A DNA stretch of 63,626 nucleotides, filler included, from Octopus bimaculoides (Eukaryota), in NCBI RefSeq assembly GCF_001194135.2. It is 8 parts of 8 records of this genome, joined end to end, with 100 filler letters (N's around TTAATTAATTAA, not from the genome) between each part and the next. Parts side by side here need not be neighbours in the genome. Positions count along the whole stretch, not along the records: positions 44,847 to 51,872 come from NC_068996.1; positions 51,973 to 56,688 come from NC_068991.1; positions 56,789 to 60,729 come from NW_026347087.1; 5 more parts are not named here. One strand, written 5' to 3'. Positions 49,701-60,829 of this stretch are shown one piece after another. The translations under genes and the position numbers were made by a program. The notes below the pieces were generated by a model that worked only from the letters and a program-made list of their open reading frames with translations, had not been told where the DNA came from and searched no databases. Within the stretch, counting starts at the first letter, position 1; every line of letters begins with the position of its first letter.

Positions 49701-49860
49701 ATTTCTCACGTATGAGTGGTATCAGAATTCTCTTTGGTCAATTCCCAACAGCAAGGTCAGCTGAAAAGTCATATGCGCTTCAAAGACAAACTATAAGACA
49801 ATCTGAAGCGATTTAACATTCTTTTTCTTCCTCGGAAAATAAAGCATCAGAACGCAGGTT
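46780..49860 (+). mobile_element. Near full-length decayed RTE (BovB-like) LINE
   Basis: ATG at 46890, then ASWNVR...ERRTALVAR, IGDFNAHVG (APE endonuclease); GIPAE, KAFDTVSR, LLFADD, FTYLGS, VVLTTLLYGAESWTLY (RT). Many stops and frameshifts; no 3' tail visible. Confidence 0.92.
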
Positions 49861-49862
49861 CT

Positions 49863-50027
49863 GAAGAATGGCTCAAAATATCCTTAACAACAGTTAAAAG
49901 CGTGTACGAATGAACTCCTCGGCATATTAAAGCTATGATTCATGCCAAAGGGAAAATGATTCTATTTATATAATAAAACTTCCATTTAACAAGGTATTTC
50001 CTTTATCTTTTCCAACACTTTACTGTA
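49863..50027 (+). mobile_element. Tc1-like transposon 3' end with right TIR terminus
   Basis: EEWLKISLTTVKSVYE*TPRHIKAMIHAKG resembles the Tc1 C-terminus (EEW.KI...LY.SMPRRI.AVI.AKG). The element ends ...caacactttACTG|TA at 50022-50027. Confidence 0.7.
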
Positions 50028-51462
50028 CGCGCGCGCAGTTCATAGATACTCCTTATTACGTACTGCACTTGTGCATCTGCTGCACAATCAGAGACCAGTA
50101 ATCTATCTGCTATTTTACTTAGTTTCACAGAGGTCATGCTCTGTTGTCCCCTCTCCTCACTCCCACCTGGCACCAATAAAGAGTCAGCTGTGACACTTTG
50201 CTTTCTCTCTAAACTCTTACGTAATGCTAAGTTCATTGTACTGTTTCGATATAAACAGAATTGACTATCTCAAACTATAAGACATGTTAAACTAAGTGAG
50301 AAATCATTTGCAAGTTGCTATTTCTGCTAATTTAAAAGTACGATATCTACTTTTCTTTTTAGAGCAAACTGTTATCTAAATGTACACATTGATTTTATAA
50401 GCGAGAAAATATGCATCAATATTTTCCACAAAACAAATTTGTAAAACATGAAAATTGTATGTGTATTCTCACAACACATTGTGTACTCCGAACCTCTTAT
50501 TGATATTGCACTGACAAACTGTTCTTTTTCACACTCAACTATTGAAATATTGTACCAATAAGATCAGAAGAGGTCTATTTTTTGTTTGTACATAGGAAAT
50601 ATAAAAAAGAAGTTATTTATAACTTTTAGGCCCATGATTAAAAAAAACTGTCATGTTTACGGAAGATTCCAAGATCACCCTTGAATTTTTTCTATCCAAA
50701 AGGGATCTTTATCTCACTATTTACATGTTATTATTTATAGCTTTGTCTACTTCGAGTTTTACGGTTAAAAACGAATTATTTCACTTTCTTTCAAAGTTTC
50801 CAAGGTCTTATGACTAAACAATATACAATACTCTCTGGCAGGAGCAAAATTTCTAAAATGGATAGAGACTGCCTTGGTCCAGTGAAAGAATGTCTATCAT
50901 GATTCAAAACGTGAGAGTTCAAGTTTCACGGGCAGCCTTCGACTTTTTCTGTCCAAAAGGGTTTTTTTAACCTAATTTTTATATTATATTATTTATAGTT
51001 TTATCTACATCGAACTCTACAGTTAAAAACGGATACACACGTAACCCATTACTATTTTTGAAACTACGAACATTCTTCTAATTCCCTACTCAAAATTTTT
51101 ATGTTCTGAGCATAAATCACATTGAGGTTAGGGTTAGGGTTAACTTTGCTTTTAATCCTTTGTGGAGGGGGGGGTCAATAAAATAAAGTACCAGTCAACA
51201 ACTGATGTCAATTTAAACGATTCACCCTCGCCTCAAATTTTATGGCCTTGTGCCTTATGTTAGTTATCGATATTTTGTGTTTTTCTTCGGCAAATATGGG
51301 CGATAACTCCATTATTTCAGTTTTGTTTAAATCATTAACAGAGATATAATCTCGTTAAACCTGCCAAATCACTCAGTAATCATACAATAATGTATATGTG
51401 CTGCGAGAGAACAAGAGAGAGACAGAGGGAAGGAGAGAGGAATAGAAAGAGAGAGGGAGACG

Positions 51463-51497
<35 letters not shown>

Positions 51498-51815
51498 GTT
51501 TTCATAATTTATGTCATCTGCCTGATAAATGATAATTAAGTGAGAATATGTTTAATGTTTGGAACATTAAAACAAGATAAAGAGAAAATACATAGGAAAA
51601 GCAGGCTAACATTTATACAGTCATCTTCAGCTTTCAAAAAGAGTATGAATGTGTATGTATATGTGTGTATGTATGTGGGAGATTACTTCGTGCGTGTGCT
51701 GTGGATGTCTGTGTGTATGCGTGCATCTATATGCATATATGTGTATGTGCATGTATGAATATATGTGCTTGTGCTTGTGGGTATGTGTGCATGTATAATG
51801 TGTGTGTGTGTGTGT

Positions 51816-51872
<57 letters not shown>

Positions 51873-51972
51873 NNNNNNNNNNNNNNNNNNNNNNNNNNNN
51901 NNNNNNNNNNNNNNNNTTAATTAATTAANNNNNNNNNNNNNNNNNNNNNNNNNNNNNNNNNNNNNNNNNNNN
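51873..51972. other. Artificial scaffold-join spacer
   Basis: 44 N + TTAATTAATTAA (51917-51928) + 44 N. Confidence 0.95.
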
Positions 51973-51996
51973 TATATATATATATATATATATATA

Positions 51997-52395
51997 GGCG
52001 CAGTAGTGGATAAGTAGCTTGCTTACGAACCACATGGTTCCGCGTTCAGTCCCACTGCGTAGTACCTTGGGCAAGTGTCTTCTACTATAGCCTCGGGCCG
52101 ACCAAAGCCGTGTGAGTGGATTTGGTAGACGGAAACTTAAAAGAAGCCCATCGTATGTATGTATATATATATGTGTGTGTGTATGTGTGCGTGATTGTGT
52201 GTCTGTGTTTGTCACCCCAATATCGCTTGACAACCGTTGCTGGTGTATTTACGTCCCCGTAACTTAGCGGTTCGGCAAAAGAGACCGATAGACTAAGTAC
52301 TAGGCTTACAAAGAATACGTCCTGGGGTCGATTTGCTCGACTAAAGGCGGTGCTCCAGCATGGCCGCAGTCAAATGACTGAAACAGGTAAAAGTT
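51997..52395 (+). mobile_element. Family-C SINE, full length
   Basis: Head, CORE-like accttgggcaagtgtctt, internal (AT/GT)n at about 52155-52205, tail ending gcagtcaaatgactgaaacaggtaaaag. Confidence 0.9.
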
Positions 52396-53084
52396 TAAAC
52401 GAGTATGTATAAGAAGAGAAAGAAAATGGAGATTGGGAAGTTAATCATTGTTTATAATTAACAGCAAATTAGTCATCATCTTTTAGGGCTATATCAATTG
52501 AAACAGCTGTAAGCGTTGATGGTTAATTTGCTGTTAATAATAAACAATTATTAAATTCCTAATCTCCATTTTCTTTTTCTTCTTTTATATGGCTATAAAC
52601 TATTTGTTTTTATATATTAATTCCCCCCAAAATACAGGGTATTGAACCAGTATTTCCTTGGATGAAACCATCCGTTTATGAGGTTAACACAGCCTCTAAT
52701 CGACGTGTGTGTGTGTGTGTGTGTGTGTGTAGGGCTACGTTCAGTTTCCGTTTACGTGATGCACTTATGTGGTCGTTTTGATGCTACAGCACGATACACT
52801 TGCTCAAGTATCACGTAGTGACAGGGAAATCGGAACTGTATGGTTGGGAAGCAAGCTGCTTACCACACAGCCACGCCTATCTCTTGTTTTTTTTTTTTGT
52901 TTTACAATTGGGACAACAGTTTAAACATTATTTTAATTGTAATTCTAGAATGTTATGGGATAGTCATTAACTTGGTTATTGCATGACACATCACTCCAAC
53001 AACAGCAAATAATTTCGGGGTGTTTTTTTCCCTGTCATATTTAGATCCTTTGATTACGTGTCATGGAAATCTATACACACGTCC

Positions 53085-53386
53085 GTTATTGAGCGAAAAC
53101 ACCTAAATCTCCACGAGGCTCCGGCAGGGGATGGTGGCGAACCCTGCTGTACTATTTCACCACAACTATCTCTCACTCTTACTTCTTGTTTCTGTTGTGC
53201 CTGTAATTCAAAGGGTCAGCCTTGTCACACTGTGTCACGCTGAATATCCCCGAAAACTACGTTAAGGGTACACGTGTCTGTGGAGTGCTCAGCCACTTGC
53301 ACGTTAATTTCACGAGCAGGCTGTTCCGTTGATCGGATCAACTGGAACCCTCGACGTCGTAAGCGACGGAGTGCCAACAACAACAA
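53085..53386 (+). mobile_element. Family-B SINE lacking its head
   Basis: Near-identical to the body and tail of 37606-37990. Confidence 0.85.
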
Positions 53387-53864
53387 AGGTGGTTTACAAA
53401 TGTTTTGGATATGTATTGGAGGGTTTTTCTTCCATAGTTCAATCGTATTAATCGATAGATCCATGGATCAATCGATTAATACGGTTAATCCATAAAACAT
53501 TTGTAAGCCTTCAGTAAATGTATAATATCGATTGTCTCTCTGTATTTTATGCATGAAAGGTATGAATTTTCATGATTAATCTCTCAGAAAATATGAAAGT
53601 GTTAAATAAATAATTTTTACCAAAAATTATGATTATCTTTTCATATATAAATATATATGTTTATATCTAACCGTGGATTACATTTACTGGATTCTCACCT
53701 TTCTCTTGAGAGAAACATAGTTTGACAAGTAGTTCAATGCCTTCTTTATAATATCTCTTTGCAATGTTACTTATATAAGTGTTTATTATGTAGGTGACAG
53801 GACAGGTGCGAGACAGCTATATTATGTTGGTGACGGAACAGGTGTGAGACAGCTATATTATGAA

Positions 53865-54070
53865 CAAGGTAGAATCGTTTGCAAACCGGACAAATGCTTA
53901 GCGGCATTTCATCTGTTTTTATGTTCTAATTTCAAATTCCACCGAGACCGACATTGCCTTTCATTCTTCGGGAACGATAAAATAAGTAGGAGACGAATTT
54001 TGGGGGTTGATGAAATCGACTAGCCAACTCCTCCAAAATTTTAGGTCTTGTGCCTATTGTAGAAAAGATT
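53865..54070 (+). mobile_element. Family-A SINE, degraded
   Basis: gacaaatgcttagcggcatttc...ttcaaattccaccgag...aggtcttgtgcctattgtagaaaagatta. Confidence 0.75.
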
Positions 54071-54799
54071 AGCGACAAGGTATAAGAGAACTGCAAATAC
54101 ATCATAGGATGCGATTGGTGTCAAGGAGTGGGAAAAAGAGAATGAAGAAAATGTCAAATGTTCCCAGAAGAATGTATTATCTGTCATGTCATTCTAATAT
54201 AAGTGGAACGAAATAATGGTAGAAAAGAAAATAGGCCACAGTAAGATTGGACTTGATGAGAACTAATGTTCGATATATAGCATATGTAATCCCTTATACT
54301 GATTAGACTGATTGTGTATGGATGTATGCTGTTGCTTCTGATAAAATGAAACGAGATCCTTTCGTAAAGGAAAACGTCAGCAGGAAAGCGTCGTTTCCCT
54401 CGACCCAACTAAGTGTCAGAATTACCCAGCAATAATGTAGGGGCAAAAAAGCTAATTATATAAGTTTAAAGAAAGACGATGACATTGGAGACAGATGGGA
54501 AACTTTGCATGATTAGTTGGTTAGTTTTACCGCTACATTTTAGAACATATAGCTTCAACACCTCACGGTCTACTGCTTTTGCTCCTTACCACTGATTTTT
54601 GTCATAAAAACAATGTACCCCATTTATATCCCATATTGTATCTGCAACAGAAAAGTATGTTGTTTATTTAATAGTTACAAAAACGCTTTGGATGATCGAC
54701 AGGTGAATGATCTCGTTACAAATTTCACTCTTCTATCTCCTATCTTCTAGCAAGTTTTCTTTTCACAGAATGTATTGAAAATAACTGACAGACAAGGGC

Positions 54800-55400
54800 A
54801 AGGTCCATTTCTTGACATGTGCAACATAAACATCAAGGAGGGAGAGAAAAATCGTCATACTTCCACAGATATACACGTCATCAAATGGCATAAACCAGAA
54901 GCAACCAGTCCTGCAGTTCTTGAGTGCAGGCGAGAATAAAGAGTAATTTGTTGAGTACTTTTTTCATGCTTGAGAGTTTCAGCTGAGAGTTTTATGAACA
55001 TTCAGAGAGCCATAAAAGTTTAAAGCAATTCTTTTACTGTATTGTAGTCATGAAATAGTGAAAACTCGTGCATACAAAATATGCTCTGAAGAATCTACAT
55101 CAGTAAACGCTATTGAAGTTCAACTTATCTATAATAGCATCACTATATATTGGGTGACACTGATCTACTCATTATCTGAAGGCGATGTTCGCAGAAGTTT
55201 AAATCACTTCTCTTCTGCAATAATTGTAATGATAAAATTTGCACTCTTGATAGCAAATTCTTTTGTATTCAGCATGGCTTTGATGTAGCGTCAGCGCTTA
55301 TTGGACTCCATTCATTCACCGATATTCAGTCTGGAATTGGATACTATGGAAAAATAAAGATATAATGCATAAGACACGAACATCACATAGATGTATTTTG
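54800..55400 (+). mobile_element. Academ-like DNA transposon relic (XPG/FEN1-like nuclease region)
   Basis: Ordered degenerate motifs: FLD...NIKEGEKNR; KQP..QFLSAGENKE*FVEYFFHA*; CSHEIVKTR (HEEADTR-like); GDTDLLII; GFDVASALIGLHSFT..SGIGYYGKIK (LHAFTGCD..S.F.GKGK-like). Confidence 0.6.
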
Positions 55401-56555
55401 AGAGCTTATACGTTTTTTATTATACGTAATACACTTGATTTTGATTGGAGCAGTCCATCTTTTATATGAATGGTCGGGAAAAATCATCAAATGTCCGCAT
55501 TAGGTGACATTTGATTTGTTCCAATTTTGTACATGTGATATGTTCCGAATTGGTACAAAAGCAGCAGAGGTCTTTTCTACATGAAAAAACAATTTTCTCC
55601 TGAATTATTTAGTGTATGGTCGTTATCAGGTGGTTGTATTTCACCACTGTTTGGAGCAAATGGCAGATATGCATTGCTTCAAAGGAAACGGGATAAAAGT
55701 TGGAGGCAATTGATGGTCTCACAGACTTTCCAATTGACTGATGAATGGGATGTACCAATTGCAGTTGCAAATGAAGTGATTTGCAAGCATGACTCAAATT
55801 TCGAAGTACATCTTCGAGCCTCATGCTACAGTGAAACTGAAATGAGATACATAAGCCCGTTTAAATGCTCAGGATTCCAGAATTTTCTTGGTAAATCTGC
55901 TGTATCTGTTGATGGGAAATAGAACTGTAAATGTGAGTTTAAAATTTCGTGGTCATTTAACGTAGCATGAACAAAACTGCGAACAAAAATATTACCGCTA
56001 GTATACATTTTATTGTGCAACATTTAAAGCAACTACTACTTTTTTAAATAAATATACTGCTTTTTTTTCAGTTCATGTATTCTCTAAGGCTTGTATGATA
56101 TTCATTAAAGCACTCATAAATCTTACATATTATTTTTATTTTTTAAGATTGTTCAACGTCATGATAAAACCGATCCGCTAACACATCAATTAGTTTTCAT
56201 TAATCACATATTTAAAATTGTTTTTTAACGCGAATTATTCCCCGCGAGAAGCTTTAACAAAAATCTCCTTCAAATTAGCAACAAAAAAAAATTTCGAAAA
56301 GCTTGGAATAGTCAACATTTTGTAAACGTATATATGTTGGTTAATAAGTATTTTATTCGGTAGCATATTACAAAGTCACTAAGTACCTTTTGTTTTGGGC
56401 CTTATTGAATTTATTGATCAAGATGTATCTTAAACCAGACTGTGACAATTTAATGTTGCCTACATCTGTTGCATGAAACTCCGACATTAAGCATGCAAAG
56501 ACCACATGCTGTATGGCATATTTCCTACTCCTGCCTTTTCATTTTCCACTACAGC

Positions 56556-56688
56556 TCTTTCTCTCTCTCTAACCATTCCTTCTCACTCGGCCTCTCTCTC
56601 CCTCTCTCTCTCTAACCATTCCTTCTCACTCGGCCTCTCTCTCCCTCTCTCTCTCTCTAACCATTCCTTCTCACTCGGCCTCTCTCTC
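56556..56688. repeat. About 40-bp minisatellite, three copies, cut by a join
   Basis: Unit ctctctctctaaccattccttctcactcggcctctctctcc. Confidence 0.9.
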
Positions 56689-56788
56689 NNNNNNNNNNNN
56701 NNNNNNNNNNNNNNNNNNNNNNNNNNNNNNNNTTAATTAATTAANNNNNNNNNNNNNNNNNNNNNNNNNNNNNNNNNNNNNNNNNNNN
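56689..56788. other. Artificial scaffold-join spacer
   Basis: 44 N + TTAATTAATTAA (56733-56744) + 44 N. Confidence 0.95.
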
Positions 56789-59700
56789 TATATATATAAA
56801 TATATATAAATATATATATACACATAGATACATACATATACATACATAAACACATACACACGTACACACGTACACAGACACAGGCAGACGCACACACACA
56901 CACACACACACATGCGCATATATACATGCATATAATATACACACATACACGCACTTATATGCAAGCATATTACATGTGTGTATGTATTTATCTACGTACC
57001 ATAATACATCACTTTCCTTCGCATACATCATACATGCTCACTCGACCGGAAAGAAAAATGATAAATTACAACCATCAACTGAAGCGTTAATCATATCTCC
57101 TCTTATTAGCCGACATATTGTTTCGTCTCTCTCGAGCTCTTCCGCGCTCTCTCTTCAAAATCTCCCTTACACCCAAACATATTGCTCTCTAACCGTCCCC
57201 ATCCCTCACCTTGGCTTTCTCCCTAGCCCACTCTCTCTCTTTCTCCTCTTTCTCCCTCTCTCCGTGTCTCATACCCTCCCTTTCTCTCGTTATCGTTGTA
57301 TCAATCTCTGCTTTCTTACTGAGTTGCATTCGTTCATTCCGTTATTCCTTACTCCTTTATTTGTTTGTTTCTTTTCTGCTTTCATCCCTACGTTATTTTT
57401 TTTGCGTATACTTTTTTTTTTCATTAATTTCTCCCTTCCGTTTAGCTGTATATATATATATATATATNNNNNNNNNNNNNNNNNNNNNNNNNNNNNNNNN
57501 NNNNNNNNNNNNNNNNNNNNNNNNNNNNNNNNNNNNNNNNNNNNNNNNNNNNNNNNNNNNNNNNNNNNNNNNNNNNNNNNNNNNNNNNNNNNNNNNNNNN
57601 NNNNNNNNNNNNNNNNNNNNNNNNNNNNNNNNNNNNNNNNNNNNNNNNNNNNNNNNNNNNNNNNNNNNNNNNNNNNNNNNNNNNNNNNNNNNNNNNNNNN
57701 NNNNNNNNNNNNNNNNNNNNNNNNNNNNNNNNNNNNNNNNNNNNNNNNNNNNNNNNNNNNNNNNNNNNNNNNNNNNNNNNNNNNNNNNNNNNNNNNNNNN
57801 NNNNNNNNNNNNNNNNNNNNNNNNNNNNNNNNNNNNNNNNNNNNNNNNNNNNNNNNNNNNNNNNNNNNNNNNNNNNNNNNNNNNNNNNNNNNNNNNNNNN
57901 NNNNNNNNNNNNNNNNNNNNNNNNNNNNNNNNNNNNNNNNNNNNNNNNNNNNNNNNNNNNNNNNNNNNNNNNNNNNNNNNNNNNNNNNNNNNNNNNNNNN
58001 NNNNNNNNNNNNNNNNNNNNNNNNNNNNNNNNNNNNNNNNNNNNNNNNNNNNNNNNNNNNNNNNNNNNNNNNNNNNNNNNNNNNNNNNNNNNNNNNNNNN
58101 NNNNNNNNNNNNNNNNNNNNNNNNNNNNNNNNNNNNNNNNNNNNNNNNNNNNNNNNNNNNNNNNNNNNNNNNNNNNNNNNNNNNNNNNNNNNNNNNNNNN
58201 NNNNNNNNNNNNNNNNNNNNNNNNNNNNNNNNNNNNNNNNNNNNNNNNNNNNNNNNNNNNNNNNNNNNNNNNNNNNNNNNNNNNNNNNNNNNNNNNNNNN
58301 NNNNNNNNNNNNNNNNNNNNNNNNNNNNNNNNNNNNNNNNNNNNNNNNNNNNNNNNNNNNNNNNNNNNNNNNNNNNNNNNNNNNNNNNNNNNNNNNNNNN
58401 NNNNNNNNNNNNNNNNNNNNNNNNNNNNNNNNNNNNNNNNNNNNNNNNTATGTATATATATGTATATATATATATGTATATATATATCCTTCAATCACTT
58501 TAACAATCGACCCACATTCGCCTATGCGCGCTCCCGTGCACACACAGACACACAGACACACACACAATGCATACACACACACACACACACACACTCACAC
58601 TCACACATGTGGACACTTTGGGACTTAGATTTGCATTATTCTAGGGCTCTCTGTCATCAAACACCCGTCTCATCATACATTTATGGTTATTCTAAGTAGA
58701 GATTCAGCCAGGAATCCTCAATAACATTGGATTTTCCTTTGCAATGCCGAAATATTGTTTCTATTAGTTTCTTGGGCTTAGAAATTGCGAAGTGCAGGTG
58801 GAGGTGCTGTATTTGGATGAATGCTAATTTAAACCATATACTAATAAACAAAAATTTAGTAACTTTTAAAGTTTGAAAATTTTTAGTAAATTCAATCGAA
58901 AGTCACCACTACGTACGTGATCATAAACCATGCATTGGAGTCTGTTTCCATATTTACAAACCAATTTGTAGTCAGCACTGTTTTCATTCTAATGTAAACC
59001 CGGTACTTAACGCGACTGTGGCACTTTCCCCAGCGCAACCATAAGTTTTGGAGAGTGATATCATTTTGTCCCTGTTGTTATTTCTGTCGGTTATTTTGTG
59101 GCTCGTACAAAATGCGCGTCTTCCAATTCCCATTTTCTGATTGGACTAAAAATCATCAAACTTTGAACCTCTGTAACTTTTTACTAATATCTTCTGGAAA
59201 TAAATGCATTCCGAATTTGGATTCAGCGTGAAAAATTATATCAAAATATCCAATTTGAAAATTTTCACTTAATTTTAAACTTTCCAGATGTGTGACAGCA
59301 AACGAAAATATCCGAAATTCCAATAGTTTTATGAAACATTGTAATTATAAATTATACAATGACTTAAAATAGGGAGCTCAGCCGATAGCAGCTGTATGAA
59401 AGTTGTGTGTCCTGAATGTATATAGCGAGTTGTTGCAACATACAGGGGTTTTCTAAGAAACAATGACGTGTGTTATATGCACCGGGTAAAAAAATAAAAG
59501 ACCTATATTCTTATAATCTAAGTTATGCCGGTCAAGCCATTTCTTTAGTTCTAAAAATCTTGAAGCTTGAAATTTTCTCTGTTAATAGGAAACATAGAAA
59601 TATCTATATGTTGAAGACTATGAAGTCATCGGCTGTGAATATCGTGTATAAAACAATATTTAAACACACAGTTTATCCCAAAGATAAACATAGTGTGTAT

Positions 59701-60213
59701 GGATTCTTCTATAACTCTGTGCTTGGTGATGAGGGCTGCCTTATATACTATCGTCTTGTGGACAGGTGCATTGATTTTGGCACCTGCATATATATATATA
59801 TANNNNNNNNNNNNNNNNNNNNNNNNNNNNNNNNNNNNNNNNNNNNNNNNNNNNNNNNNNNNNNNNNNNNNNNNNNNNNNNNNNNNNNNNNNNNNNNNNN
59901 NNNNNNNNNNNNNNNNNNNNNNNNNNNNNNNNNNNNNNNNNNNNNNNNNNNNNNNNNNNNNNNNNNNNNNNNNNNNNNNNNNNNNNNNNNNNNNNNNNNN
60001 NNNNNNNNNNNNNNNNNNNNNNNNNNNNNNNNNNNNNNNNNNNNNNNNNNNNNNNNNNNNNNNNNNNNNNNNNNNNNNNNNNNNNNNNNNNNNNNNNNNN
60101 NNNNNNNNNTTTGTGAGTTACAAGTAATGCTATCTGTTGGAGTCTCAGCATTTTAGCTGCTATTTCTGAACTTCGGTATGTGGTGAAGCAACTGTTGCTG
60201 ATCCCTTAATTAT

Positions 60214-60250
<37 letters not shown>

Positions 60251-60729
60251 AATTTCTTATATGAACTAAAACAAATGCGTCTTCACAAATTATTCATATC
60301 AATCAACGTTACTATGAAACACACCACATTTTAGTACATATCAGAAGTACAGCAGTTTACTGTGTAACGAAGTATAGTACAACTCAATATTGAAAAGTAT
60401 AGTTATAGTGATGGTTAATAAAATTTAATAAAATTTAATATTTAAATAGATTGCTGTGAAGTGTTGTTGAGTATAAGGTATAAATTTATTTACGGTCTTT
60501 TGGGGGACGACAAAACAAGCTAGGCATCAGACAGCCTGTACATAGTCTACTCAACAACCCATTAGTTCCATCCCTACACCCCTCTATCAACACATTAATT
60601 CTTCCATCCATCCATCCATGCACCCCTCTCACAAACATTTTTCCATCGACCCATTCGCACATTCATCCATCATTCCACGCATGCACGAATACACCCACGC
60701 TCCAGACCATCATCGACTCTCATCTCTCA

Positions 60730-60829
60730 NNNNNNNNNNNNNNNNNNNNNNNNNNNNNNNNNNNNNNNNNNNNTTAATTAATTAANNNNNNNNNNNNNNN
60801 NNNNNNNNNNNNNNNNNNNNNNNNNNNNN
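60730..60829. other. Artificial scaffold-join spacer
   Basis: 44 N + TTAATTAATTAA (60774-60785) + 44 N. Confidence 0.95.

Noticed and set aside
48882-49715. 277-aa ORF as a functional reverse transcriptase
   Set aside because: It is the longest surviving stretch of an RTE copy that has many stops and frameshifts elsewhere.
55581-55922. 113-aa plus-strand ORF as an independent gene
   Set aside because: No recognisable family; the region is better explained as the antisense of a decayed transposon segment.
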